Positions 48,404 to 59,134 are shown, counted from the first letter of the stretch. The stretch is DNA of 64,000 nt from Candidatus Latescibacterota bacterium (GCA_965198115.1 OZ240241.1:3552001-3616000), one strand, 5' to 3'. The notes: generated from the sequence alone by a model not told the origin. Translations and numbers: made by a program.

Positions 48404-49558
48404 ATGAAGATCACGCACGCCGAGACATTCATCGCTGGAAACCCTTGGAAAAACTGGCTTTTCACGAAAGTTCATACCGACGAGGGCATCACGGGCGTCG
48501 GCGAAGGGACAATCAACGCCTTCGCCAAAACCGTCGAAGCGGCCGTCCACGAACTCGAATCGATGTATGTGGGAATGGACCCGTTCCAAGTCGAACGCAT
48601 CGTCCAAAGAATGTATCGTGACGTCTACAGTGACGGCGGCCAGGTTCACAAACACGCCGTCTCGGCCATCGAAGTCGCGTGTTGGGACATCATCGGAAAA
48701 AGCCTCGACGTCCCGTGCTGGAAGCTCCTGGGCGGTCAGGTACGACAGAGCGTCAAGGCCTACGCCAATGGCTGGTATCGCGGCGATCGCACACCCGAAA
48801 ACTTCCACTCGCTCGCAAAAGGCGTCGTCGGACGTGGCTACAAAGCCCTCAAGTTCGATCCCTTCGGCTCCGCCTACCAGATCACCGACAACGACGACGA
48901 GGCCCTTGTCATCGACATCATCGCCGCCGTGCGTGACGCCGTCGGTCCGAGCGTCGACATCCTGATCGAAGGCCACTGTCGCTTCAACACGTCGACCGCC
49001 CTCAAGTTCGCTCGCAAGATGGAGCCCTACAATCCGACCTGGTTCGAGGAACCAACACCCCATCACAAGATCGACGCGCTGATCGAAGTCGCGCGCGCTT
49101 CTCCTGTCCCGATCGCCACCGGCGAAAGCCTCCACACGAAGTACGAATTCGCCGAACTCCTCAAACACGACGTCGTGCACATCCTCCAACCCGAGCCTCT
49201 CGCGTGCGGCGGTCTCTGGTCGTGCCGAAACATCTGTGATATGGTTGACGCCCACTACGGCGTCGTCGCGCCCCATAATGCACAGGGTCCGGTCTGTACC
49301 GCGCTCTGTATGCAGCTCGCCGCGTGCACGCCTAACCATTTCATCCAGGAAATCTTCGACGAGTTCAACGTCGAATGGGAGAAGGAACTCCTGACAGGCC
49401 ACCACTACGAAGTCAAGGATGGTTATATCGACGTTGCTCACGCGCCCGGACTTGGAATCGACCTGAACATCGAAGAGATTCAGAAGCATCCCTACGCGGA
49501 AAGCAATTATCTACCTCTGTTCAAGGACGGGTGGGAACGACGTGAGGGAGAGGCATAG
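48404..49558 (+). CDS. Mandelate racemase/DgoD-like sugar-acid dehydratase
   Basis: TDEGITGVGE, WDIIGK, KFDPFG, WFEEP, ATGE, APHN. Confidence 0.9.
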   Translation: MKITHAETFIAGNPWKNWLFTKVHTDEGITGVGEGTINAFAKTVEAAVHELESMYVGMDPFQVERIVQRMYRDVYSDGGQVHKHAVSAIEVACWDIIGKSLDVPCWKLLGGQVRQSVKAYANGWYRGDRTPENFHSLAKGVVGRGYKALKFDPFGSAYQITDNDDEALVIDIIAAVRDAVGPSVDILIEGHCRFNTSTALKFARKMEPYNPTWFEEPTPHHKIDALIEVARASPVPIATGESLHTKYEFAELLKHDVVHILQPEPLACGGLWSCRNICDMVDAHYGVVAPHNAQGPVCTALCMQLAACTPNHFIQEIFDEFNVEWEKELLTGHHYEVKDGYIDVAHAPGLGIDLNIEEIQKHPYAESNYLPLFKDGWERREGEA

Positions 49559-49778
49559 CGGACGGTGGGCTGTCGGCGGTGGGCTGTGAGAGACGGCGAC
49601 GCCCTCTTTGCCGGTGGGAGCGGACTCTGTCCACGAACAGACAGGAATAGTGATCACGCAGCAAAACGGCCTGTCACCCCGGTGCCCTTCTTGGCGGGGG
49701 CCATTCTGATCTTCACCGGAGAGGCTACACGAGACAGAGGATCGTCCCGCCCTTAACACAGAATAGAAGGATGAGGAA

Positions 49779-50105
49779 ATGCTGCTCACAACACCAACCA
49801 TCCAGAACGCGACCATCACTACCTATCACGGTCTCGTCAGCGGTGAAGCCATCCTCGGAGCGAACGTCTTTCGAGACCTGTTTGCAGGCATCCGCGACAT
49901 TGTCGGTGGTCGATCGGGTGCCTATGAAGAAGAGCTTCGCCGCGCCAAAGACATCGCCGTCGAGGAAATGGTGCAACAGGCGCAGTCCCTCGGCGCCAAT
50001 GCCGTCATCGGCGTCGACCTGGACTACGAGACGATCGGAGGTGGCACGGGGAATATGCTGATGGTCAGCGCGAGTGGAACCGCGATAGTGTTCGAAGAAA
50101 ACTAA
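49779..50105 (+). CDS. YbjQ/UPF0145 family protein
   Basis: [12 protein letters not shown]...[22 protein letters not shown]. Confidence 0.93.
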   Translation: MLLTTPTIQNATITTYHGLVSGEAILGANVFRDLFAGIRDIVGGRSGAYEEELRRAKDIAVEEMVQQAQSLGANAVIGVDLDYETIGGGTGNMLMVSASGTAIVFEEN

Positions 50106-50146
50106 CCACGGAGGACACGGAGTGGTGATGTCGCCGCTCTTGTCTT

Positions 50147-50956
50147 TTGCCTGAGCTTGAAACAGCCATCAGCGACGCGCGAGGCGTCGCACGTAGAGAC
50201 AACCACACCCTAAATGCTAAAACCGTTGAGGCTGTAGCAGCCGTACGCGAGGTGGCGAGTAACGACAAGGCCCGTCTCCAGACGCCGGAGTATGAACGAG
50301 ACGAGTATTTCGTGAACTGTGATGACGAGGGTCAGACGGTTCCGACACTCGAAGGCACCGAGGTCGAAACGCTATCCGCCGGCAAACATCCGTGGCTCAG
50401 GTCCGAAGGTGAGCATCTGCTCGTGAGTCGTTGGCTTGCGCACTTCATCGGCTTTCGCCATCGCGTGATCCATCTTTTCCTCGACCACCCCGATCATCCC
50501 GATTGCACGTTCGCGCAGATTCGCAGCCTGTTGAAGTACAATTCGCCGGGCAAGCTCGATATGCCGATCGGAGGTCACGTCACCGGCCTGGACGACTTTC
50601 GTTCATCCTTGTCTCGTGAGCTTCAGGAAGAGCTCGGTCTTGACATCGATCGCGATGTCGAGAGATTCCGCGAACTGGGCACGTTCAACATCGTTGAAGA
50701 CGACGATATGCCTGACCACATCGAAGTCGAACACGCCACGGTCTACCAGGGGACGATCACTGTAGACGCGATGCGCCGACTACAGTTTCAAAGCGATGAA
50801 GTCGGAGCATTGGCGCTGTTCAGAATCGATGAACTGGATCGATGGATCAGGGAACGACCGAAGGATGTGGGCGGAGGAATGCGGGAATCGTGGACGTACT
50901 ACGAAATGCGCCCCTTCGATACGGCTGCTTCGCAGCCTACTAAGGACAGTCACTGA
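50147..50956 (+). CDS. NUDIX hydrolase (IDI-like)
   Basis: HRVIHLFL, PGKLD...GGHV, Nudix box RELQEELGL; start uncertain. Confidence 0.8.
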   Translation: MPELETAISDARGVARRDNHTLNAKTVEAVAAVREVASNDKARLQTPEYERDEYFVNCDDEGQTVPTLEGTEVETLSAGKHPWLRSEGEHLLVSRWLAHFIGFRHRVIHLFLDHPDHPDCTFAQIRSLLKYNSPGKLDMPIGGHVTGLDDFRSSLSRELQEELGLDIDRDVERFRELGTFNIVEDDDMPDHIEVEHATVYQGTITVDAMRRLQFQSDEVGALALFRIDELDRWIRERPKDVGGGMRESWTYYEMRPFDTAASQPTKDSH

Positions 50957-51036
50957 GGACACGAGAAGGGCTGAGCCGCGGAGGACGCGGGTATGGCTGC
51001 CTCCACTATCATATGGACGCAGGCAAACTCGCAGGG

Positions 51037-51228
51037 TCACTTCGAGCGCGAGTCGAGAAGTCCCTCATTACCCGAATCACTTCGACGCGCACCCAGCCTT
51101 CGGAGAGTGACATTGGCGGCTTTACGATAATTCTCGAGGTCCACGCCCTTCACTGGCTGCCATTCCCCAGCCTCTATTGACCGCATCAAATCCGCTTCTT
51201 CGTTATCAAGAGGTTTAAAAGGCTCCAT
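51037..51228 (-). CDS. Short protein resembling the N-terminus of CopG/BrnA-like antitoxins
   Basis: LDNEEADLMRSIEAGEW pattern; GAGG RBS. Confidence 0.45.
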   Translation of the reverse strand: MEPFKPLDNEEADLMRSIEAGEWQPVKGVDLENYRKAANVTLRRLGARRSDSGNEGLLDSRSK

Positions 51229-51303
51229 CCACGCCTCTCTACTTTCTGTCTGTGGGTACAGAGTTCTGATACAAGTAGACGCATCTGACAAGGCTCTCGT
51301 GCC

Positions 51304-51327
51304 AAAAGTGGCCCCGGGGCCACTTTT
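51304..51327. repeat. Perfect 24-bp palindrome (terminator or operator)
   Basis: AAAAGTGGCCCCGGGGCCACTTTT. Confidence 0.8.
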
Positions 51328-51363
51328 TCAATAAAAAGACACAACTTATTGATAAATCTTCAC

Positions 51364-51849
51364 TTACTGATTCTTGATCAACTCGAGCAATAAATCAAGA
51401 GCGGCCTTCGTAAAGACCTCCATATTCGCCGCCCTATCCTCGCTCCTCGTCTCGATCGTAATCGCCTTGTCCGTCGCTCCCGATACACCAATACAACAGT
51501 GACCGGGCTCGTCGCCGTATCGATTCCCAGTCGGACCTGCAGCTCCCGTCTCCCCGATCCCCCAATCGGTCCCCAGCCGTTCGCGAGCGGCCGTGGCTAG
51601 AACGAGGGCGTGTGTCTCCGTCGACGCCCGCTCCTTCGCCATATCGTCATCCGAGATCCCCATCAGCGTCTGCTTTGAATCACCTGTGTAGCAAGTGCCT
51701 CCACCCTTAAAGTAGGCCGAGGCACCGGGCACTGCCAGTAACGCCGCAGAGATCAGGCCGCCGGACGATGATTCGGCGACCGCGACTGTCTGCTCTTTCT
51801 CTTTCAAGAGCGCGCCGACCTCGCTCCCCAACTGGTGCCAATCAGCCAT
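51364..51849 (-). CDS. CinA/PncC family (NMN deamidase-like) protein
   Basis: VAVAESSSGGL, PGASAYF, ETGAAGP. Confidence 0.88.
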   Translation of the reverse strand: MADWHQLGSEVGALLKEKEQTVAVAESSSGGLISAALLAVPGASAYFKGGGTCYTGDSKQTLMGISDDDMAKERASTETHALVLATAARERLGTDWGIGETGAAGPTGNRYGDEPGHCCIGVSGATDKAITIETRSEDRAANMEVFTKAALDLLLELIKNQ

Positions 51850-52096
51850 ATCTATCCTTTTGATTGGTTGTGACGACAGTCACCATCATCAGGTACTCAT
51901 CCCACTGCACCGCACGGTACCTGGAAACAAAGGACGGGTCTGCCACGGGGTGGCGTAAATCGTCCCGGTTGAGAACACTCGATGTGGGCACCCGAATCTG
52001 CCCTTTTCTTCTCCGGGACCGTCTTTCACAGCGTCCTGTTTCTAAGGCACTTACACGTGCAGAAACCGTGGACTTTCTGGCCCTTCCGTGCACGTG

Positions 52097-52112
52097 AGGT
52101 ACCTGAATTGCT
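52097..52112 (+). promoter_or_regulatory. Candidate sigma54 (-24/-12) promoter
   Basis: AGGTACCTGAATTGCT (GG-N10-GC, TTGC). Confidence 0.5.
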
Positions 52113-52172
52113 CAGATAGAGACCAACGTAAAGGCTGTTGACTCAATCGTCGTTTTCTGAAAGGAGGGTGAA

Positions 52173-52904
52173 ATGTCCAGTCACCCTTATCAGATCGTCG
52201 GAACGCGGAAAGCCGAAGACACAAACTTCTTTATGCTCAACTCGGTTCTGCAGGCCCGGATTGAAACGGGCAAGGAGACGACCGACGACGAAGACGTCAA
52301 CATTTATCTGGCCAATCTACTGCACGGGGTGATCAAGCCCGGCGGAATCGCCGATCGATCGATTGTCTCTGGCTACGATTCCGACGTCGCCCAGATGGTT
52401 GACGAAAACGACCTGCGACATCGCTATCGTGTTTACAAAGCGAACGGGGACTACGCCCTGATCTCGACATCGCTTTTCGAGGGACCGTTTCTAGAAAAAC
52501 GCGAAGGGCTGTCACGTCAGAGCGGGGCCCTTGCCAGCCGCGGAGGGACCTACTACGGGTTCGCGGCCAACCTGAGCGAGCGCATCAACAGGAGCCACCC
52601 GGGCATTACCCTCGTCCTCCGCAAACTGTCCGAGCGATTCGACCTCTACGCAACCATCCTCACACGAGTCCGCATCGGCCACCTCAATCTCACCGCAACC
52701 CTGTCGGACGCGGAGATGTATCACTTGGAGAAAGACGCTCACAACGGCGCCAAGCCGTATCTCGCCAGCTGTGGTCGCGATCAGTTCCTCGATGCGTACT
52801 CCAGTTGGATGAAAACGAAGTCTCCGCTGGCACGACAAAAGGTCAACGAATTGGGTCTATCTCTATCTAAGGTTGATCCCGACTTCGCGTTCCAACGGCT
52901 TTAG
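52173..52904 (+). CDS. Conserved hypothetical helical protein
   Basis: GGAGG RBS; YLANLL, GDYAL...LF, G.TYY, LSERF pattern. Confidence 0.7.
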   Translation: MSSHPYQIVGTRKAEDTNFFMLNSVLQARIETGKETTDDEDVNIYLANLLHGVIKPGGIADRSIVSGYDSDVAQMVDENDLRHRYRVYKANGDYALISTSLFEGPFLEKREGLSRQSGALASRGGTYYGFAANLSERINRSHPGITLVLRKLSERFDLYATILTRVRIGHLNLTATLSDAEMYHLEKDAHNGAKPYLASCGRDQFLDAYSSWMKTKSPLARQKVNELGLSLSKVDPDFAFQRL

Positions 52905-53121
52905 GTGCGCGCTACACCTCGCAAAGGCGTCACAACAGATTCATCACCTCGTCTTTTGGTTCGGCAATTCGCTGCCTAAACCGCATGGCAGCGTTATCAC
53001 CGTTTCGTGGCGCGAACACGGGCGTATCGCCATACGCCCCTACCGCCACCAACCAGGCGCCAGGTTTCCGTCTACCGTCCACTGTCCACCAATAGCTGGC
53101 CTTACTCCTCAGCTCCTCTGC

Positions 53122-54321
53122 TCAGACAAGGTTCCCCTCCGCCCGGCTACTTCTCCCCACCAACCTCACCGGCTCCTCCATCCCCACACAAAGATTCCCG
53201 TTGATCAGATTGTAATCGCTCTCACCGCTCTCGATGATACCCAGCGTTTGTGTCGGTCGCTTCTGATCGTCGGCCAGACGGTTGCTCGACACGATGTTGC
53301 GCACCATATCGTGTAAGCGAATGCCCGGATATCCATCGGCCTCCTCACGCGAATTGCTGAGGATCAGGTTTCCGGTAATGACCTGTTCGTCACCACGCGT
53401 CGCCTCGATGCCCCACTTCTTGTTATATGAGCAGACGTTGTCCGCGACGATGTTGTGATGGTCACCGCCTCGCGCCACCCCACCAATGCCTGACAGGCCG
53501 TTCTCCGAGAAGACGCTGTCGCTGCACGTCGAGTGGTGGACGCGCGCGCAGAAGAAGAAGCCGTCGCCGCCGTTCCCCTTGCCGATGTTGTGCGACCAGA
53601 CGCTTCACGCCAATCCTGTCCCCGGATGGAAGCCGTGACCTGCGCAATCGTGCGACTGGCATTGCGTCACCTGCACATCGGATCCGCGCTGGACACCGAC
53701 GCCGTCACTCGGCCATTCGAAGACGTTCACGTTCATCACGCGTGCCCGTTGACATAGGACCAGGTGAATCGCGCTATAGGTAAAGTCCCACCACTTGCCT
53801 TTGTAACCTCGGGGCCCGTGGATCGAGAAGTCGCGCAACTCCAGATCCTTCTTTCCCTCCGCCGTAATCGCTGGAAATAAGCTCTGTGCCGTCCCCCGGT
53901 CGGACGCATACAACGCCCGATTGAACGGCACGCTCAACAGCACGCGCTTTCCATCGGTCTTCTCGACGATCCCGTGCGTGCCCCACCATCCGCCACGCTG
54001 GTCGTCCCGTACCCCGATCTCCTGACCAACCCGAAACGGAACGCGCCCTCTGAACTCCAGGGTACGCCCACCCTTGCGAATGTTCCTCGCCAGCCGCGCC
54101 ACCTTGACCGCCGAAATGTAGAGCTCCGTCGACGGCCCATCCCCGATCAGACTCACGCCAGACGGCACCCAGATCGAGCGCGACAGATGCCATCGACCCG
54201 ATGGTATCCGCACACGTCCACCCCGACGCGGCAACGAATCAATCGCCTCCTGGATTCCAGACGTCGGCGATTGCTCGTCGTAGAATGTGCCAGCGTTTAC
54301 TTCATCAATTGGCTTCGCCAT
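53122..54321 (-). pseudogene. Right-handed beta-helix (pectin lyase-like) protein with an in-frame TGA at 53605-53607
   Basis: IQEAIDSL..GG.V.IP.G start; HPGTGLA*SVWSHNIGKGNGGDGFFFC continues in frame into ORF 53122..53478. Confidence 0.75.
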
Positions 54322-54485
54322 ATGAAAACCCTAGACCACGGAACACACGGACGGAAAAAGACCTGCAATGGTCATACAACCTATGATAGAGATATTACCC
54401 GCCCAATGAACGCAGCCTGAAGAGCTGCGACTACCCTATGCGGGCAAGTCACCGGCACCCGCTCTCTCCTCTCCCGTTCTCCCGC

Positions 54486-55214
54486 TTAGACCTTGGGTCT
54501 CTCCAACAGTACCTGCACTCCCATATCCCGATACTTGCTCCTCAGCTCCGGATCATAAGACCGATGCACGACCGCCTTCCCCGTCCCCTCGAGCGACTTG
54601 ACCGCGTAGCCAACGCAATCATCGACCGTTTTCAAGTCGTGGTTCGGGTGCGAGTCCAGGCTGAACCCGAGGTCTGTGGGCCCGAACGAGACGGCATCGA
54701 CGCCATCTTTGCACAGCTTGTGAGCGTTCTGTACCGCGTCGACCGATTCGATCTGCATCCAGAGGACGCCGAACGTGTTCCACCAACTGGCGTACTCCCG
54801 GAAGTCGGAGAAATCGCCGTTGCGACGTCGGTGACCGCCTCCGTTGCTTCGATACCCGTCTTGGGGGTAGTAGAAGTACTTCATAGCCTCATCCACCGTC
54901 GACTCGAGTTCCACTTGGGGTACCTCGATCCCGCACGGCCCCAGATCGAGAATGTTCCCAATCAGATAGGCGTGGAACGTATGCTTGATCCGAAATTGGA
55001 CGAATACATTCAGCTCGGCAGCAACATCACAGAACTCCGCCAACCTATCCTCGTTGAAGGGCGAATGCTGCGCATCTGCCGAGATGTAATCGTAATCATC
55101 CGCCTCCAGGATCCGTGATATCTGATCCTTGTCGGAGGTCACACCCGTCGAAACCCCAAGAATCGGCTCGCCATCGCGGTACTTCTTCTTCAAACCAACT
55201 GCGTTGTCAACCAT
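54486..55214 (-). CDS. HpcH/HpaI aldolase family protein (divergent)
   Basis: DAQHSP, LDLGP.GI.VP, YYPQDG.RS, QIES, FGPTDL. Confidence 0.8.
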   Translation of the reverse strand: MVDNAVGLKKKYRDGEPILGVSTGVTSDKDQISRILEADDYDYISADAQHSPFNEDRLAEFCDVAAELNVFVQFRIKHTFHAYLIGNILDLGPCGIEVPQVELESTVDEAMKYFYYPQDGYRSNGGGHRRRNGDFSDFREYASWWNTFGVLWMQIESVDAVQNAHKLCKDGVDAVSFGPTDLGFSLDSHPNHDLKTVDDCVGYAVKSLEGTGKAVVHRSYDPELRSKYRDMGVQVLLERPKV

Positions 55215-55392
55215 CGGTCCCTCCTCATTCAGGCAAACATCGTCGTCACCACGGCGTCAGTTCGAGCCCTTCATCAGGCTCAGGATAAACTCCGTCGAGA
55301 ACCGCCCATTGATTCGACACGTACCCCAATTGCGTAAATTCGATCCCCGATGGTAGACATAGAAAAAGCGCGGCTCAAGAACAACCACACCC

Positions 55393-55447
55393 CACAAATC
55401 TCTGGACACACCCGTGTCACCAGTTACACAAATCTCTGGACACACCC
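55393..55447 (+). repeat. 21-bp direct repeat, two copies
   Basis: CACAAATCTCTGGACACACCC at 55393-55413 and 55427-55447. Confidence 0.85.
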
Positions 55448-55570
55448 CACACACTCGACTTGACCGGAGCATTCCCGCGATAGCTATTGCCACCTGCTCC
55501 CCCCGTCTCTCCTCTCCCACTCCCCCGCTCAGTTTTTCTCTTCTCCCTGGCCCCTGCCCCCCGCTCGATT

Positions 55571-56902
55571 CTACCGTGTAATCGCCTCCCTACTTTTGCC
55601 TTTTTCCTTTTCCCTTTTAACTTTCTCTTCCTCCCAACCCTCGATCTTCCCCGCTTGCCACGCGTCAACAATGGCCCCACGGTTTTCCCATACGTTCTCA
55701 ATCGCGCCACAGACCTGAACCATCGTTTCCTCTGGAGCCAACAGCGCGGCCTGCCGAAGCCCCACACGTTCCTCACAATATTTCTCCACCTTCGGCAAGT
55801 TTAGTGATCGGTAATCCTGCACCCACTCCTCGCCCGCCCAGGCGAATGGACAAATGTCCTCACTATTCGCCCAATCTGGCTGGAACACATCGTGACGATA
55901 AACGGGCTCCGGATAACCCGTGCCCATCTGTAGGCCCTCGGCCTTCATCGCCTTCACGAACACGTCGCGAGGCAGCCCGTCCCACTCCTCTTCGTGATAG
56001 CGCGCTCCGTAGACGTGCCAGCTAACAACGGTTGCGTCCGGATGCCGCGTGCAAGGGGTAATCCCGGGAATCCGGTTCAGTGTGCGCGTCAGCATCGTCG
56101 CGTTCTGCTCGCGAATCTCGATGTGCTCCGGCAATCGACTCATCTGTACCAGAAGAATGGCCGCCGCGAATTCGGTCATCCGGTGATTGCCACCCCAGCG
56201 CAGTCGTGGATCCGCCTTGTCGTATCGCGAACGGCCCTGGTTGATCGCGCACCCGATCGCGTCTGCAATCGCCTCGTCATTCGTCAGCGCGATACCGCCG
56301 TCGCCGCACGTCATATTCTTGCTTTGCTGGAAGCTAAAACCGGACGCAAAGCCCCACGAACCCAGCCCACGATCTTTGTACTTCGCTCCCCAACTGTGAC
56401 AGGCGTCCTCGAGGATGACGAGGTTATGCTTGTCCGCGATCTGTTGCAGGCGATCCATATCGCAAGCGAGCCCGCCATAGTGGACCGGCATCATCGCCTT
56501 CGTGTGTGAGGTAATGGCCTCTTCGATTTGGGCGATGTCGAGATTATTCGTTTCCGGATCGATATCGACAAATCGGATGGCGGCGCCCGTTTTCAGGATT
56601 GCGGAGCAGGTTCCGATGAACGTATACGCGCTCGTAATGACCTCATCGCCAGGGCCGATGCCGGCGGCACGGCATATGGCTTCGAGTGCCACCGTGCCGC
56701 CTGTGCAGGCGATGCCGTATTGGGCGTCTTGCATCGCGGCGAAGGTGGATTCGAACTCACGGACGCGGTCGCCGTTATACCAAGAGGAGGATTCGAGGAC
56801 CTCTAGGAGGGCGTCTCGTTCGGATTGGTCGTGGTGGGGCCAGGGGTGGGTGGGGTTGGAGGTGAGAGTGGGCTGCCCATCGAACAGCCCTAAAATTGAC
56901 AT
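55571..56902 (-). CDS. DegT/DnrJ/EryC1/StrS PLP-dependent aminotransferase
   Basis: GPGDEVI, PVHYGG, EDACHSWG, FSFQQSKNMTCGDGG, N.RMTE. Confidence 0.92.
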   Translation of the reverse strand: MSILGLFDGQPTLTSNPTHPWPHHDQSERDALLEVLESSSWYNGDRVREFESTFAAMQDAQYGIACTGGTVALEAICRAAGIGPGDEVITSAYTFIGTCSAILKTGAAIRFVDIDPETNNLDIAQIEEAITSHTKAMMPVHYGGLACDMDRLQQIADKHNLVILEDACHSWGAKYKDRGLGSWGFASGFSFQQSKNMTCGDGGIALTNDEAIADAIGCAINQGRSRYDKADPRLRWGGNHRMTEFAAAILLVQMSRLPEHIEIREQNATMLTRTLNRIPGITPCTRHPDATVVSWHVYGARYHEEEWDGLPRDVFVKAMKAEGLQMGTGYPEPVYRHDVFQPDWANSEDICPFAWAGEEWVQDYRSLNLPKVEKYCEERVGLRQAALLAPEETMVQVCGAIENVWENRGAIVDAWQAGKIEGWEEEKVKREKEKGKSREAITR

Positions 56903-57714
56903 TACGTCCTCGCTGCAATGGAGTCTTAGAAAACCAAGCGCGGAATCCAATATAGTTCAAAGGATCCCATCCGGAAATCTCCAGTTCCGTGACCTAATTG
57001 GATCCAGCCCCGAAAAGACCCAATAGACCCTTTGCCAGGTCTTCGAACGCACGCTTGTTGATGCCAATGCTTGCGTATTTCCTGACCGCGTTCGAGTCTG
57101 CAAAGTTAAAACCGACACCAATGCTACCGTAGACGTTGAAGTCGTAAGTCAGTGCGATCGCGATTACATCCGCATCGTCGCTGAACAGATCTTGCGTGAT
57201 GGCAAACGCAATCCCGAACCGTCTGAGCGAGAAATCCGGGATGAAGAACCTGTCACCGGTCACAATGTCGTTTCCGAAGGACAGGCCAATCTCGAACACG
57301 GTCGGAGAGTCGTTTCTGAGAGGACGCATCAAATGCATCGCCGGCTTCTCAGCGGTGGCCGTGATAGGAAACGGGACGTATCTGACGCGAAAGACGCTCA
57401 TTCGTTCTGCAGGATCGAGCGCCTTCAGGTGCCTGAGACCTTCGTTATAGTTTCGATACAGAATCCGAGCGGTCTTGAAATCGCTCGCGTCCACAACAAG
57501 ATCGGATTTCCGAACACCCACACCCGCCAGCGTTGTGTCTGAAAGCGTGAAATTGATTTCGCGGGCCAGACGGCTTCTCAAGTTGAGTTCCGCCCGGTCA
57601 AGCTTGCGACCTGCTTGAGTGATCCCATCGACCCAGCCCTTGAGTGTAAATTGCTTCTCTACGGCCAGCGCCATGAGTTCTCTGATGGGCTTAGCGACAA
57701 AGACTCTAATTTCC

Positions 57715-59134
57715 GGCTATATCCGGATCTCTCAACGAGATGAAGTGGGTGAAGGTGCCGTGGTTCCTGGCATGGGGGCGCGGTTAGAGTGTGCGGAACC
57801 TCTTCGGAATCTGCTCAGGGATGTTTATGTCTCCGACGGTAAGGAAGATCATATCGTTGAATGCGTCGAGTGTGCGGAATCCGCTGGCTCGGTTCTTGAC
57901 GATCTGGACGATTCGGTTGAGGCCTTCGGCGATGGCGTTGGTAAGACGCGTGTTCACGAATGCGAGGACGCCGAAGAAGTGCTGTCGCAGGGTCCTGACG
58001 AACTTTCGCAGGGGTTCAAGTCGACTTCTGAGTGCGGACGTCGTCCAGCATTTCAGGAAGCGTTCGGCAGCCCAGGGCGCTTTGTATTCCCAGAACTGCT
58101 CGAACTCGTCCTTGAGTCTCCAGGCTCTATAGATTCGGTAGTTCGCCTTCTCCAGTGCTTTGAGTGTCCGAGTATCCCCTCTGGAGCGTGTCGCTGAGTG
58201 CCGGTAGAGGAGCCATCGGAGGCCCTTCATGGCTTTGCGCTCATCCGGGGCAGCTTCACGCCACTGGTCCTTACGGACCTCGTCAACGGCGGCATTGAGA
58301 GCCTTGACGATGTGAAAGCGATCGAGGACCAGCTTGGCATTCGGACAGTGTTCCTGGATGGCTCCGATGTAAGCTTCGCTCATGTCGCAGCAGGCCCACT
58401 CGATCTTGGATCTCCGGTAGGGACTGAGAGCCTCTGTGAAGAACCGATCGATCGTTTTACGCGCCCTGCCGCGGCCAACCCACACCACGCAGGAGCGGTC
58501 CAGATCGTAAACGAGCGTGGCGTACCTGTGACGCTTGGCGTAGGAGATCTCGTCGATCCCGATGGTTTTGAGCCCTCGGATACGATGACCTTCACGAAGC
58601 CGCGTGATGGATCGGTGAAGGAGATCCGACAGCGTCGAGGCAGAGATGCGCAGTAACTCGGACGCCGCCTTCTGCGTCATGGTCTGGCAGTAGCGCAGCA
58701 TGGCATACTCGAAGCGATACGTCACCCGAGAGAACCGCTCCGCCCACGGAATCTCCTCGACCACACGACCGTGGGTAGGACACCGAATCTCCCGAGGATG
58801 GTAGAGAAGCCAGACCCTCCACCCGCACACCGGAATGTCACGCCACCGACGCGGATGGGGCATTGTGCGGACGATTTTACCTCGACGGCCGCACTCCGGA
58901 CAACAACAACCATTCTTATGTGGCTTTACGGCGATGACGAAACAGCTTCTCCCCTCAAACCACCAGCTGACAACACGGAACCCCTTGAATCTCAGCAGTT
59001 TCGATAGTAATCTGCTCCCGGTCATAGGTCGCACCCCCTTCGCTTTGATTGTCCTACACACACAACCAAGCGTAGGGAACGATCTATGACCTTGTCATTC
59101 TATAGTTTCACCGTTGAGAAACCCGGATAGAGCC
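57715..59134 (-). mobile_element. ISL3-family element, 1420 bp
   Basis: IRs GGCTATATCCGGATCTCTCAACG / GGCTCTATCCGGGTTTCTCAACG; 8-bp TSD TAATTTCC at 57707-57714 and 59135-59142. Confidence 0.93.
57784..59025 (-). CDS. ISL3 transposase
   Basis: Zinc finger CPECG, IGIDEIS, CDMS, DRFHIV, TNAIAEGLN. Confidence 0.93.
   Translation of the reverse strand: MTGSRLLSKLLRFKGFRVVSWWFEGRSCFVIAVKPHKNGCCCPECGRRGKIVRTMPHPRRWRDIPVCGWRVWLLYHPREIRCPTHGRVVEEIPWAERFSRVTYRFEYAMLRYCQTMTQKAASELLRISASTLSDLLHRSITRLREGHRIRGLKTIGIDEISYAKRHRYATLVYDLDRSCVVWVGRGRARKTIDRFFTEALSPYRRSKIEWACCDMSEAYIGAIQEHCPNAKLVLDRFHIVKALNAAVDEVRKDQWREAAPDERKAMKGLRWLLYRHSATRSRGDTRTLKALEKANYRIYRAWRLKDEFEQFWEYKAPWAAERFLKCWTTSALRSRLEPLRKFVRTLRQHFFGVLAFVNTRLTNAIAEGLNRIVQIVKNRASGFRTLDAFNDMIFLTVGDINIPEQIPKRFRTL

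Noticed and set aside
11203-49489. Long antisense or alternate-frame ORFs (11203..12270, 13131..14162, 34855..35982, 36450..37685, 39537..40847, 42297..43418, 48260..49489)
   Set aside because: Shadows of well-supported genes in high-GC DNA; no recognisable motifs.
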